NCBI GenBank assembly: GCA_002269645.1
Contig: NIVC01004266.1
Span: 1-52,450, forward strand
DNA length: 52,450 bases
Direction of reading: 5' to 3'
From: Macrostomum lignano
Lineage: Eukaryota
Part shown: positions 35,101-48,387 of the stretch, in pieces
Layout of the letters: each line of letters begins with the position of its first letter
Numbering within the stretch: position 1 is the stretch's first letter
Notes under the pieces: generated by a model
Told to the model about the DNA's origin: nothing
What the model saw: only the letters and a program-made list of their open reading frames with translations
The model's database searches: none
Translations under genes and position numbers: made by a program

Positions 35101-38100
35101 ACTGGATGAACGTCCACAGCAGGATGCGGATTGTGTAGCCCTGGCGCAGCAGCTTGATGAGGCGGGCGGCTCGGAATAGACGAAGAAATCCGAGATTGAG
35201 GAAGCTTTGTTGCTGCAGTGAGGTGCAGGGTTGAGGTTGGAGGCGTTGAGCAGTGAGTTGCAGCAGGTATGAAATTTTGGTCTGGTCTGGTCTGGTCTGG
35301 TCTGGTCTGGTCTGGTCTGGTCTGGTCTGGTCTGGTGTTGGTGTGATCTGGTCTGGTGGGTTTTCATGTGGTTCGATGTGTTTGGTGTGATCTGGTCTGG
35401 TGGGTTTTCATGTGGTTCGATGTGTTTGGTGTGATCTGGTCTGGTGGGTTTTCATGTGGTTCGATGTGTTTGGTGTGATCTGGTCTGGTGGGTTTTCATG
35501 TGGTTCGATGTGTTTGGTGTGATCTGGTCTGGTGGGTTTTCATGTGGTTCGATGTGTTTGGTGTGATCTGGTCTGGTGGGTTTTCATGTGGTTCGATGTG
35601 TTTGGTGTGATCTGGTCTGGTGGGTTTTCATGTGGTTCGATGTGTTTGGTGTGATCTGGTCTGGCGGGTTTTCATGTGGTTCGATGTGTTTGGTGTGATC
35701 TGGTCTGGTGGGTTTTCATGTGGTTCGATGTGTTTGGTGTGATCTGGTCTGGCGGGTTTTCATGTGGTTCGATGTGTTTGGTGTGATCTTGTCTAGTCTC
35801 TACAAAGGTGGCTAGGATAGGGATAGAGCTTCACCTGTCAAGAAGCATTACCTGTAATCCCGACACCAGTACATCTGTGATGCTGCCAATGACTGTGATA
35901 AAGTCGAATATGTTCCATCTGTCTCGGAAGTAGTTCTAAAATTTGGTGAAGCAACGTGACGTTTGGAAATCTTTAGAAGATACATTCGGACATGCGCAGA
36001 AATTTCTGCAACTTGAATTTCTCATAAAAGTGCAGCGAATGCCGATTGGCTGTTAAAAGTTATTGAGCAACATATTATGCCGGATAAAATAGGTATTTAT
36101 GCTATAAAAAGACTTACGTGTCTGACAGCCTGAAAACTTTAGTAATGTATGTAAGACATCAGAATATGACGCATATCTCGCTTGTTTAACACTAGATAGA
36201 TGTTCCCTATCAAGTCACTATTCACCTACATATGATATTGGTAACAAAGAAAAATCCAGCTGATAGCGGCATAGCACTAGACGCACAGACAACGCAATTG
36301 ACATGCGCATAAACAGCCACTGTGCAGGATATTTTATGGACAGGCTGTCTGTCAAGTGCAAATTTAATGAATGCTCAGGGCGATGGTGAGCCACTGGGTA
36401 TAATTCCCTTTGCTACCCTATTTGTGTCAAAATCTACGCATTTGAATAATTGCAATTAGTAATGTCATTATGTTGAACTCCCCACAAATGTGCGAAAAAC
36501 AGGAGTACAGTGAGTGATGTCGGGTACACTGGGATAGTCAATCACATGTAAATACTGTGTATAAAACGGTTCCATTTCGAGTGTTAACTAGAATAACCGT
36601 AACCGAATGTACAGAATAGTAAATTATTCACCAGCAGTTTTGCATGCTTAGAACTTAATTACACAATCCCAAACAGGTGTAGACTATTAGAGGCTGGAGA
36701 CTGCGGGGGACAACACGTCAGACTCAGCGCAACCATGATTAAAAAATGACACCACAAAAAATTAGCACGGCTCCGGTTTCAGCAAGTTAGGAGCAACTCG
36801 ATGTACCTTGGGTCCAAATGCCAGGATTTTGAGTATGCACTCAACAGAGAACATGACAGTGAAGGCTGAGTTGAGGTACACCAGGGTACTGCAATAGTGC
36901 TTGTACGCCTGGTGCTCGGGATCTTCCAGACCGTCCAGTGTTTGAGTCTCGCGCCTGTAGTACTGCACACAGGCAACCGCGGGGGCAGAGAGGGAGGAGG
37001 AGCGCAGGAACGGTAAAGAATTGCACGGCGGGTACGCCAGTTACAGTAAAGTACGTCAAAGGCAGTAGTATAATCAGTTATCAGTAGTATAAGTAGTTTA
37101 CATGCTTTGAAATCTAGCGGTGCAAAAAATTGAAGGCCATCACGGCTGCGGCATGGGCCGGTGCTCCAGATGGCAGTTAGGATTACTTTGAGCACAACCT
37201 AGCTCAGACTGAGCAGCTGGCACAATAAAAATATTTAATAGCCAAGAGGTAAAAAAGTTAATAAATGCACAGAAAGATTTTACAAGTTTTCTCTCGCTCA
37301 GCTTTAATGAATAATGTTAAGCAAAGTCGGATAGGTGGGAGGGGCAGCCTACAACTTAGATGAACACTCCGCTGCTTGCATCCGGCAATCTTTGCTGCTT
37401 TTTAATTATAAAATTCAAAGAAAAAACGGTCTATGAAAGAATAAATGAGCAAAACTACTGAGAAAGTTGGTCTCTGCCATGCTTTGCAGATCTGGTGCAA
37501 AATCTCTTCAGTTCAGAAAACGAAGTTTAGAAATGAAACAAGCGTGACAAAGGACTAATTCCTTTTCTCGAGAGCACTCTGCCCTGTCCTGCCTTGAAGC
37601 AGAAAAGTTAAGCTGGATTAACCAGAGCTGAGGCTAGCAAGCAAAACAATGGCTGGAGAGGCGAGGTAATAAAGGAGAAGAGAGTAGAGATGAAATAGGA
37701 GAGAGGAGATTAGAGAGAAGAGCGCTGAGAATAGATATAGACATTGAGCGGGCCAGATTGCTATTGTGAAGTTTCAAAGGTCCCGAGGGTCGGATAGAAA
37801 GGCTTTGCGCCTTTAGGGCCTAACGCCTGAAGGACCACCTTTCCAAACGAAATCAAATTCGCGAAGCGAAGTTGGAGGCTCAAGCAGCTCTACTAAAAGT
37901 TAAATGCCATTTTTTTAGGAAAGGCTGCAGAGCAGATGAAAAGATTGGCTAATTCTGCTCTAAGATTATTTAAGAAAATATATAAAACAGAAAAGAAATT
38001 GAATAAAAACTGAACAGAAACAGCCGAAGGAAGCGGCATATATGGTTGAAGGCTCAAGGACCGGCAGGTGTTTTGGGCTGCTCGGCTTACCCTAATATCT

Positions 38101-41100
38101 AAGCCCAGCATTTTCAGCAGGCATTCAATGCTAAACACCACGGTGAATGCGATATTCAGATTTCTCATTATATCGCTGTAGAATTGACTGGCACCGTGGA
38201 ACTGAAAATTATTTTCATATTTAATCAATTTCAAAGCTGCTAGGGGACTTGACTGTTTGACTTGTTTATCTTGGTACTCTTGGTAAATATAATCTTTTTA
38301 TGTAAGCAGGTGGTGAAACTTTTATAAGGTAATAATGAAATCACATCTTGAATTGCTTAATAACGGCATATAGAGCAATGAGCTGCTAAAATTGTTGGCA
38401 AGCATGTGGCATTTTTGGCAATAGACACTTTAATAGTGGCATATTAAGCAAATACAAGCAATATATACTTTATCTATAATGCCTCATAGATGCCATCATT
38501 TAAAAAAGCTAATTGAGAGGCTGGTGGGTACGGAGTCAGGGGTGGAGAAAGTACGGGTGAATCAAAAGAAGGTGAGGTGGATGGAATAATCAATAGTCGT
38601 GGGAGACGGGAGTGAGGTGGGTGTAGACATCAAGGGTTGTGGGGGACGGGAGTGAGGTGGGTGTAGACATCAAGGGTCGTGGGGGACGGGAGTGAGGTGG
38701 GTGTAGAAATCAAGGGTCGTGAGGACGGGAGTGAGGTGGGTGTAGAAATCAAGGATCGTGGGGACGGGAGTGAGGTGGGTGTAGACATCAAGGGTCGTGG
38801 GGGACGGGAGTGAGGTGGGTGTAGAAATCAAGGATCGTGGGGACGGGAGTGAGGTGGGTGTAGAAATCAAGGATCGTGGGGACGGGAGTGAGGTGGGTGT
38901 AGACATCAAGGGTCGTGGGGGACGGGAGTGAGGTGGGTGTAGAAATCAAGGGTCGTGGGACGGGAGTGAGGTGGGTGTAGAAATCAAGGATCGTGGGGAC
39001 GGGAGTGAGGTGGGTGTAGACATCAAGGGTCGTGGGGGACGGGAGTGAGGTGGGTGTAGAAATCAAGGATCGTGGGGACGGGAGTGAGGTGGGTGTAGAC
39101 ATCAAGGGTCGTGGGGGACGGGAGTGAGGTGGGTGTAGAAATCAAGGGTCGTGAGGACGGGAGTGAGGTGGGTGGAGAAAATATTTAAATTCCAATTAAA
39201 GTAAAATTCAAGAAAGGCATTCTGGCTTTATACAATTTCACTTTCATGAAATAAAAATTGTGATTTTGCTTTAAGCAATAGTCAGGCCATCACGACACAA
39301 GCCCTTACCTTCATCATCAGAATTAGAGTATTTAGCGCAATCATCACCATGATGAAGTATTCGAACGGTGTAGACACCACCAATCGCCAAATTCGATACT
39401 TGATGGAGTTCTTGTTCTTGGGCATGTAGCGGCACAGCGGCCTCGCGTTGATGGCGAAGTCAATGCACTGGCGCTGTGTTGTGGAGTGCGAATTAGGAAC
39501 GTCATATTGCTTTTGTGCGAGTCCAATGTGTACTTTTTCCGTATAACAAACCAATACTGCATATCTAGGCTTCTAATTAAAATATTCTTGGAATGTCTTC
39601 AATTTTGACTGGGTTTTCAAAAGTCACACTGTTGAAAATTGCCATTTGGCTACTGGATTTCTGGCATCAGGGGCCAAATCGAACAGGTTGTCAATCATTT
39701 CATATTTTTTTGCTTTTTTTCATGCTATTGAGATTAATGACTAACAAACTACGGGATACGGTAACTAGGGGATTTTGGGCCCCTTGTCTTAACTGAAGCC
39801 TGGATCTCCGACAGAAATAATCCAGACTGTAAAAATGTTTCTCAAAATATTCTTTAGGTCCCTGTTGAACGGCACTATCAAGCTGGCTTCGACTGTCAAG
39901 CGGCCCTCACCTGGTTCTTGTCGATCTCCTGGTCCACCAGATCATTCTCGCCCTGCTCCTGGAACGTGATGATGATCAAGGCGACGAAGATGTTCACAAA
40001 GAAGAAGGGAAACACGATGAAAAAGATGACGTAGAAGATGGCCATCTCCTTGCGGTAGTCGGGCACCGGCCCCGTGTCAACGTGCGTGGCGGCCATGGAG
40101 TTCATCAGCACACTGCAATCGCCAAGTTTTGTTAGGTTGCCCTGCTTTGTTGCGATTCCATGAAACAGAGTTGAGTTTACTGCGTAATAAGTTGCATAAT
40201 ATCATGCGCAAAGCATAGGAACTTTAGGGCGATAGAAAAGCTGGTGAAAAAATCAATCAAAGAAATTCATAAAAAATAATAAAGTTATTCATAAATAGTT
40301 CAAACATAGAGTGTGAGTGCGCAGGTAGTGAGGTTGGTGTTACACAAGAGAGTAGTGAGAGGGCAGGGAGTGAGGTTGGTGTTACACAAGAGAGTAGTGA
40401 GAGGGCAGGGAGTGAGGTTGGTGTTACACAAGAGAGTAGTGAGAGGGCAGGGAGTGAGGTTGGTGTTACACAAGAGAGTAGTGAGAGGGCAGGGAGTGAG
40501 GTTGGTGTTACACAAGAGAGTAGTGAGAGGGCAGGGAGTGAGGTTGGTGTTACACAAGAGAGTAGTGAGAGGGCAGGGAGTGAGGTTGGTGTTACACAAG
40601 AGAGTAGTGAGAGGGCAGGGAGTGAGGTTGGTGTTACGCAAGAGAGTGTGGGTGGGCAGGGAGTGAGGTTGGTGTTACACGAGAGAGTGTGAGTGGGCAG
40701 GGAGTGAGGTTGGTGTTACACGAGAGAGTGTGGGTGGGCAGGGAGTGAGGTTGGTGTTACATGAGAGAGTGTGGGTGGGCAGGGAGTGAGGTTGGTGTTA
40801 CATGAGAGAGTGTGGGTGGGGAGTGTGGTTGGTGTTCCACGAGAGAGTGTGGGTGGGCAGGGAGTGAGGTTGGTGTTACACAAGAGAGTAGTGAGAGGGC
40901 AGGGAGTGAGGTTGGTGTTACACAAGAGAGTAGTGAGAGGGCAGGGAGTGAGGTTGGTGTTACACAAGAGAGTGTGGGTGGGCAGGGAGTGAGGTTGGTG
41001 TTACACGAGAGAGTGTGAGTGGGCAGGGAGTGAGGTTGGTGTTACACGAGAGAGTGTGGGTGGGCAGTGTAGCGACTTTCTTCATTTGTTCCACCTTCTC

Positions 41101-44100
41101 GCGTATGTTTGTATGTCTTAATTCTGATTGGCTGCCTCTCTGTGCTTATCTCTATCTCTGCCTTCTCTGCCTTCTGGTCGCACCTTGTACCCACTCCCCA
41201 TTGCACGCTTATTTGCTCTTCGTTATCATTTTTCTACCCCCTCGCGCTCTCGTGCTCTAATCATTCACCCCCGTCTCTTATCGTGAATGCAACACCCCCC
41301 CCTAATTTAGGCAATGTCTTATAAATATATGAATTTTGGGCCCTGCGCCCTCTCCTGCTGGTTTGTGTAGTTCAATTCTAATAAAAGTCTGTCTGTGTTT
41401 ACTGATATTAATTACAGGCAGGGAGTGTGGTTGGTGTTACATGAGAGAGTGTGGGCAGGGAGTGTGGTTGGTGTTACACGAGAGAGTGAGTGGGCAGGGA
41501 GTAAGGTTGTTGTTATTGGGGCATTGGGGCAGAACGTGAGGTCAGGTACGTATTGGCCTAGCACAGATAAAAATAAGTGGAGAAGCAAAGCAATGATGAG
41601 AGAATAGTGAAAGTCTGTCGCTCTATTTGCGACTGAGGAATCTGAGATGCAGCACTGTCTGCAAGCGGCTATCAATATGAAGAACAGAAAATACACAACA
41701 GATCGTGCAAGACAACACTGGCCATAGTACAAGCCTAGGGACTTTGCAGAAACTGGGTTGGACATTACGTTGGCCAGCCTTCGCCAGTGGACACGGTGAA
41801 CAAGGTGAGCATGGAGTTGTAGATGTTGTCGTAGTGGAAGCTCTGGTTGCTCCACTGCCGCTCGCGCATCTCGGGCTTTTCGGCGTCGCCGTCGTAGTGA
41901 AAATAAAATCCCCTTTGTTGTTAGAGGATTAGATAAATAAAAAACGTGTTAAAGCTGCATTGAAGCTATGCGACAGCAAATTTAGAGTAAAAAATGTCCT
42001 TGACCAAAACTCTACCACCATTCACCGAATGCTAGGTTTAGCATGACTACACTTGTGCGTCCCAACAATGCGCTTCCCAATGAACCGGATTGAATGAGGA
42101 ATGCAGCCACCAAGGGTTTCGGGGTAAAGGAAGGGAAGCTGGGCTGATCAACCTACAAGTTCCAGCCCTCTCCCGTGGTGACAGTGAACAGCGTTATCAA
42201 CGATATGAAAACGTCGTCATAGCGGAAGCACTGTGCGCGCCAGCTGCGCGCGTCGACGGAAACCGAAGTCTCGCCGTTTGGCGCCGTTTCATAATTGAAG
42301 AAGTAACCCCTGCGTTTGTTGGGTCGGCGGCTCGGTTGGACGCGTGGACAGGAATGCTCCCGGTACGGCTAATACTACTAATACTAGTAACTTCAGGAGG
42401 GCCGCGGGCACCTTGGCGCAACGGCTTCGGCGACGTCGTCGCGCAGCCAGCGCTGACGGCATTTCTGCCCGTTCCGCAGACTCCTGAGCCATGCAGCGCG
42501 CCAATACTGTACGCAGGCACAGCACTCATACTCATACGGCCTGCCCTGTGCCTCGTATACGGTACTCATCCAATGTTAGAACTGTACTCTTCCAGAAGAA
42601 CGACTTCCAATGAACTTTATTTTATCTTTTGGAAGAATTCGTATCTACTTTTTCTATGAGTTCTTTAACCCTAGAACGTATAGAGAAGCTCCCGAACTTG
42701 AGTTTCTAGTAAACTGACTCATTACCATGGCATTGAAATTTTGGCATCGAGTCTGATCAGTACTTACTGGCACTCGCTTCTCGTCTTTTTCGATGCGTCA
42801 TTGCAATAGAAAAACTTTCCTTGAAACAGCTGCACCGCAATGACCGCAAAGATGAATTGAAACAGGCAGTAGACAATCAGAATGTTGAATACGTTTTTCA
42901 ACGAGCTGACGACACAGTTGAACACCGCCTGAGGATGGCAGGAAGGAATTTGGGAGCATTAGTCCCAGTATCCCAGGATTTTTCCCTAGAGAGAACAGAA
43001 GAGACGCACCTTCAGTTTTGGCACCCGGTTGATGGTCTTCAGTGGCCGCAGCACGCGCAGCACGCGCAGACTCTTGATGGTGCTGAAGTTCTTGGCGTTG
43101 CCCTGAACCGGCGTTCGACTGTGGGACATCGGAATTGATGAGGAGCATCGATGGAGCTTCGGTAGAGATTCTGATTCAGACAGGATTTTTAAGCCTTTTT
43201 ATTGGACTATTATGTGCACAATTATTGTTATGAAACGGTATTGTTGGCTTCATGCAATTGGTTAAGTGTAGCTGAATAGTGTTGGATACGAGCGTATGTG
43301 CAACATATATTTTCATTACATATTTCGGCACCATAACTGAAACCTTCAACCAAAATAACACCGCCGCCGCCCTGAAAGCTGACTCAAGTGCACTCGCCGG
43401 AGACTCAAGCATGAAAAAAACGCCAGAAAGAGAGCATCTTGTGTCTTACTTGAATTTGGCCATGATGCTAAAATAAAAATATGTATTTGAATGTACATGC
43501 TAAAAATCCTGTATCATTTTGCAACATTTACTACTAATCAGTGCTAATTTGGGGACGCAAAAATGGTTCGGCCCTCCGCCTCTTATTCTCATTAATATTC
43601 TCCGCTCGGTAAAGAATTTTTTGGCTGCGGGAAATTTTGAGTGCCCAAAGAGGAGCAGGCAGAAATGGGAGCGAGACAGGAGTAGGGGGGGGGGGGGGTT
43701 GGGGATCAATCACCTGCGTGAAAGAGCCGAACAATTCTGGCTTAGAAATCGATTATCCCCGCACTGGTGCTCCGTAGAGCCAGGGCCAACCCCCCCTTCC
43801 GAGCAAGCAAGCACTGTTGCTTTCCGGCTTAGCCTAGAGGTGCGCCGCTCAGGCAAGGCAAAAGCGGGTCTCGCGCCTGGCAGTTGCTGGGGTGGGGGGG
43901 GCTTTAGACTTTCCCGTTGGACTCTCGGCTGCTCTGTCTGCGCTGCAGTTTTTGCTACTGGAAATTTCCGAGCACTGGGCCTCGTTTCCTTGACAAGGGC
44001 AGAGCTATGCTTAGCAGCTGGGCTTGAGTAATTTGCGCTGGTCTCGCTAGCCAAATATGCTGTTTTCCTGTTTCCAAAATCTATTCACTAAAGAGATTTG

Positions 44101-47100
44101 CTGTCCGGTTCGAGTGGCTTGGCTCAGCATTCGGCAGCGTTGAATAAGAAAATTTAACCTGATCTCAAACTCTCCAACCCGATCGGCTGCATGCTTTCAG
44201 CTGATTGAAACTGCCTGAGAGGCTATTTGGGAGCAAGGATTAACATTTGCTCTGCTCAGGTTGAGCTCTGCAACTGTCCTGAAGACTCGGGGCAATGGGC
44301 AGCCCGCCAGCGTACCCGACGTGCCCGACGCCAACGGATGTAGCTGGCAAGTTGGGAATTTTCACATTAAAATCTGCCCGTAAAATGTAAAACTTCCCCG
44401 TTTTCCAGCGACGTCGAAAGACATCGGAAGCGTCAGATTGCTGCCAGTGAGGATTGCAAACGCTGATGGAGAACACTTGGCAAGTGTGCGCCAGAATTGA
44501 ACTCAAGTGCAGGGAAGTCACTGACTCTGTTAGCTTATTTTGTCAAACTCTGATGGCTACCGAAGAACAACATTACAAAATCTTACACAGAGCTCGCAGT
44601 CATTTCATTTTTGCACACGTGCAAATAACTATAAGCACGTGTGTTACAAAATATATTGTACAAAATTAACCTCTCAAACTTTAACTTTGCAGTATATTAG
44701 TCAAAGCATTGCAAAAGCGGGGTCTGGGACCACATTATTGGCGAATCAAAATCATATTCGGTTTTGCTGTGCGTTGCCACGACAGAGAGTTCGGACACTC
44801 GGACACAGATGTTTTGCCAACTTTGATTAGCAATTCAAAACTTCAACTCATACTGATTGGAAATTATTTTTCTTCAACTATTAATTTCAAGCTAAACGTC
44901 AGTATGAAGCGGAATATTTGTTATAACAAAACAGATAATAAGTGCGTTATCTTGCTGAATAATGGATTAAAACAAATCACTAATTTGTGACTACAACTTT
45001 AACTTTTTTGTTTGTTCAAATCGATGCGGTGCATTGAAATCAACGGGCAAATGCGGAGAACTTAAGCATTTCTGCTGCATTGTCGCAATCAAAAGCTTGG
45101 GTTGAAATTATTTCATATCAAGTAGCCACAATAATTAATATTGTCAAGAAATTGCATTAAATATGTTTAAAATAAATGATAAACTGATTCAGATTTTCTC
45201 ATTCAAATGCATTGAAAAGTCTTGGGGAGAAATCAATAATGAGTACGAGAATTCGCAGGCATAATGCGGGAAGTCGCTTGCCGCCACTTTCGGGAGGATC
45301 AGACGACGTGGATGGGAAAACATAACTTTTAGGCTGCAGGTGCAGGCAGACAGACACTGGTTCACGAAATCTCTGTGACTAGTTGTGTTCCGCAGACTTC
45401 ATGTGCGCAGGAACAGCCTCTTTATTCGATCGCTCTACCTTTGTGGAGGCTTCTGGTTACTAGCAGCTATATACGATTAATTAACTCAAGCATGCACGAG
45501 GGTCGAGAGGGCATTTCAGCCGCGTACTTACGAGACGGTGGTCGACTTTGTCATGAAATGACTGGCAGTGAGAGAGGGGACATGCGACAAGATGAGAAGA
45601 ATCCCAAATCCGCTTTGACAGCGTGCTTGCTTGCAGTTAGCAAACACCTTTTTATAGCACTCAGCTTTGTTTAACTCTCACTGCCTACCAGGTACTTCTC
45701 CAGACTGCCTACCAGGTACTCACCCAGACTATCTAACATACAAAGCCACCAGACATGTAACGCCATCACAGAATAAAATGTGCAATTTGTATTCAGCAGA
45801 GAGCTTTCGCTGACCAGCACGGGTAATTTAGTGGGGGTTGCGGTAATTACTCGGACCCATCGGGGTGGTTACATACGCTCGTACAACGCCATAACAAAAA
45901 GCTGCAGGCTACTCGTAACTGATTAAGTAGTAAGATTTCCAAATGTCTGTGGGAAATTCCTCGAGCTTCGCAGTTTAAAATGTTGCTAATTCTGGCTTAA
46001 GTAAAACAAAGCAATAATCAATGAGCGTCAATAAATTGTGCATATAAGTAGGTTGATACTGGTTTAATGTTAATTTTCCGCAAAATATTACACTAAATAC
46101 GCAGTTAAAATGTATACAAACTTATTATCTGGAATTTTGAGCACTCTCACTACGGCTCGTAATTAATAAGAAATTATGGGCCTGCTCAAAGCGCTTTGCC
46201 AGGCCAAACGCCAGCGCACATTAGCATCACAGCCAGCTCCCCGGCATCTGACCTCAATTTGGCACTCAGAGTTTCTTACATGTCAGCTCCAATCAGGCCA
46301 GACAGTCTGCAAAGTCAACCCGGTCGGAGCTTTCTTTACTGCTGATAAGAAATCGGGGAGTCTCTGAGACCGATTCTACCGTTATATCCGGCTATTCTAC
46401 CGATATATCCGACTAGTCTACCGTTATATCCGGCTATTCTACCGATATATCCGGCTATTCCACCGTCATATCCGACTATTTTTCCGGTTTATCCAAAAGT
46501 TCTCAAACGTTCTTCAATATTTCGGTGCAAATTGCAAATGAGTAGCATATAAAGAGGTAAAAAATGGCGTGAAGCAATGTAGAATCGAGTAAACCAGAAA
46601 GGGTTGCGGTGCGGACCAGCGACCACGGGTTTAGTAATCGGGTACTGCAAAGGAAACAGTCCCCAGAACCGTGGGATGTCAGGGATTTAAATAAGTTATG
46701 TGAAAAGACTGCAACAGTTTGCTCATACAAGCTACTCACTGACCAGAGTGTTCAAGAAAGGTAAAAACAGCTACGAGCAGGCAACCCTCGGCCTCGGACT
46801 TACTTGATGATGAAAGCGAAAAGGGCGCACAGCACCACCGTTGCGTCGAGGATGTTCCACAGGTCGCGGCAGTAGGATCCGGGATGCAGAATGATGCCTA
46901 GGTCAACAATCTGAATTGAGTGGTGCGAATTTGTAAAGTTTGGTAACTGGGGGCTTTGGATTCCACTGAACCTGGGCCCCCACACGCAAGCACACGCTCC
47001 CAGTCCGCCGACTCCCCTGAGCAGGCACACAAGCGCGCGGATACGTACGCAGGCGCACACTCACACAGGAGTGTACAGCGGCGCTAACTTTATTTATCGT

Positions 47101-47499
47101 TAGGCATGTACACTTCACTGTGCCTTGGGGGTTGGTTCACGAGGTTGTTAATTGCACGAGCAGAGCCAAGCCAAGACTCCAATTCAGCCCCAAATTAATG
47201 AGACTGCACTTGGAATCGAGCCTGGGCCGCTGGCACATCACTGGAACTGGCCCCTACGATCAGCCTTATTCGCAGTGCCCGGAATCCTGCTCAGAGGACT
47301 CACCTTCAGCAGCATCTCCACGGTAAACACCAGGGTGAAGGCGTAGTCGAAATAGCCCAAATAGATATTCTTTAGAGTTGCGTTCTTCGTGTCCACCGGG
47401 TCCTCGGCGGCCAGGGCGATGCTGCTGGCGCAGATGATGATCATGATGAACAGGTCGAAGTAGCGCAGATTCACCACGAAGTGACAAAACTTGCGAATC
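24917..47499 (-). CDS. CACNA1A: Voltage-gated calcium channel Cav2 alpha-1 subunit (cacophony/unc-2; CACNA1A/B/E ortholog), domain III to C-terminus; 5' part outside window
   Basis: Phase-consistent exons: 47304..47499, 46804..46910, 43010..43118, 42768..42928, 41769..41912 (TGEGWP), 39911..40112, 39309..39473, 38091..38201 or 36807..36962, 35852..35935, 34318..35212 (ATGESWQ, EF-hand), 33290..33396 (IQ-like [16 protein letters not shown]), 32999..33121 (less certain), 31392..31504, 30700..30808, 28557..28803, 24917..26378 (one frameshift near 25625). Cav2-specific [21 protein letters not shown] and C-terminal xWC* PDZ ligand. Symbol denotes the ortholog group. Confidence 0.93.
27080..27124 (-). 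CDS. Candidate 45-nt cassette exon of the Cav2 C-terminus ([15 protein letters not shown])
   Basis: CCCAG| acceptor, TTAG|GTTAGG donor, phase 1-1, open in the required frame. Confidence 0.4.
   Translation of the reverse strand, partial: RTGAPTRTPNTGAI
28095..28375. repeat. 20-bp minisatellite (TGTTGTCTAGAGCTTGTCTC), Cav2 intron
   Basis: Visible tandem units. Confidence 0.9.
29725..30540. repeat. 57-bp highly homogeneous minisatellite, Cav2 intron (possibly partly exonic)
   Basis: About 14 units of GGCCCGGGTCCAAAGCCACCGTTCATTGGCTGAGAGCCTCTGTTCGGAGTGAGGAGG. Confidence 0.95.
35279..35790. repeat. (CTGGT)n followed by a 44-bp minisatellite, Cav2 intron
   Basis: Visible tandem units. Confidence 0.92.
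36807..36962 (-). CDS. Cav2 domain IV S1-S2 linker + S2, alternative exon b (long linker)
   Basis: [52 protein letters not shown]; GCAG|, AAG|GTACAT; phase 0-0. Confidence 0.88.
38091..38201 (-). CDS. Cav2 domain IV S1-S2 linker + S2, alternative exon a (short linker)
   Basis: [37 protein letters not shown]; TTTCAG|, AGG|GTAAGC; phase 0-0. Confidence 0.82.
38595..39175. repeat. 39/40-bp G-rich minisatellite (GGGACGGGAGTGAGGTGGGTGTAGACATCAAGGGTCGTGG)
   Basis: Visible tandem units. Confidence 0.93.
40310..41500. repeat. 42-bp G-rich minisatellite (GGGCAGGGAGTGAGGTTGGTGTTACACAAGAGAGTAGTGAGA); main array to ~41070, remnant 41415..41500
   Basis: Visible tandem units. Confidence 0.93.
42447..42565 (-). 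repeat. Dispersed ~115-bp element, copy B (Cav2 intron)
   Basis: Reverse complement matches 4226..4340. Confidence 0.8.
43450..43467 (-). CDS. Candidate 18-nt microexon, Cav2 domain III S3-S4 linker
   Basis: TTTTTATTTTAG|CATCATGGCCAAATTCAA|GTAAGA; phase 2-2, no stop. Confidence 0.6.
45532..45561 (-). CDS. Candidate 30-nt microexon, Cav2 domain III S3-S4 linker
   Basis: TCCCCTCTCTCACTGCCAG|TCATTTCATGACAAAGTCGACCACCGTCTC|GTAAGT; phase 2-2, no stop. Confidence 0.6.
46376..46480. repeat. Short ~21-bp tandem repeat (CTACCGTTATATCCGGCTATT)
   Basis: Visible units. Confidence 0.8.
46995..47085 (-). repeat. Dispersed ~115-bp element, copy C (Cav2 intron, more diverged)
   Basis: Reverse complement shares CTGTACACTCCTGTGTGAG and GCGCGCTTGTGTGC with copy A. 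Confidence 0.7.
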
Positions 47500-47559
47500 C
47501 TGCGAAATGTTTCAAGCGTACCATTTGTAAGATCTTTCATTCATAAAAAAGCTGGTATA

Positions 47560-47710
47560 GAATATCCAGCAGAGCATGGCACACGGACAGAATATCTAGC
47601 AGAGCATGGCACGCGGACAGAATATCTAGCAGAGCATGGCACACGGACAGAATATCCAGCAGAGCATGGCACACGGACAGAATATCCAGCAGAGAATGGC
47701 ACACGGACAC
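47560..47710. repeat. 30-bp tandem repeat (GAATATCCAGCAGAGCATGGCACACGGACA)
   Basis: About five visible units. Confidence 0.9.
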
Positions 47711-48083
47711 AGACAGAGTGGATAGGAAAGAAGTGAACAGAAAAAGACACATGTAGCATCACCACCCAGTAGGACCCGCAGTCAATCGCTTTAATTATTC
47801 AGATCCTGCGAGACCGCAGTGCTTCCGCAGTGCTTCAGTGGCTGCCCACATTCAGCTCTGGGCAAAGTCCACAAAGCTTACAGCCCTACACAGATAGTCA
47901 AGAGGGACCTGAGACTTCTCATGCAGCTCTCCTCTCCAGGACGCTGTTGCGAACTGAAAAATTGCTCCCTGTTTTTGTTTCCCTTCTTTTGAAGTAATCA
48001 ATAACAGAGTTGCCCAGCTGCGCTGTGCAATATGTTACACGCCACAAAACTGAGTTGTAGCGAACTTTTGAGCCTTCAGTTTC

Positions 48084-48387
<304 letters not shown>

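Noticed and set aside
46320-46341. 22-nt Cav2 microexon
   Set aside because: Weak donor (GTTGAC), and it would shift the frame given the acceptor at 43118.
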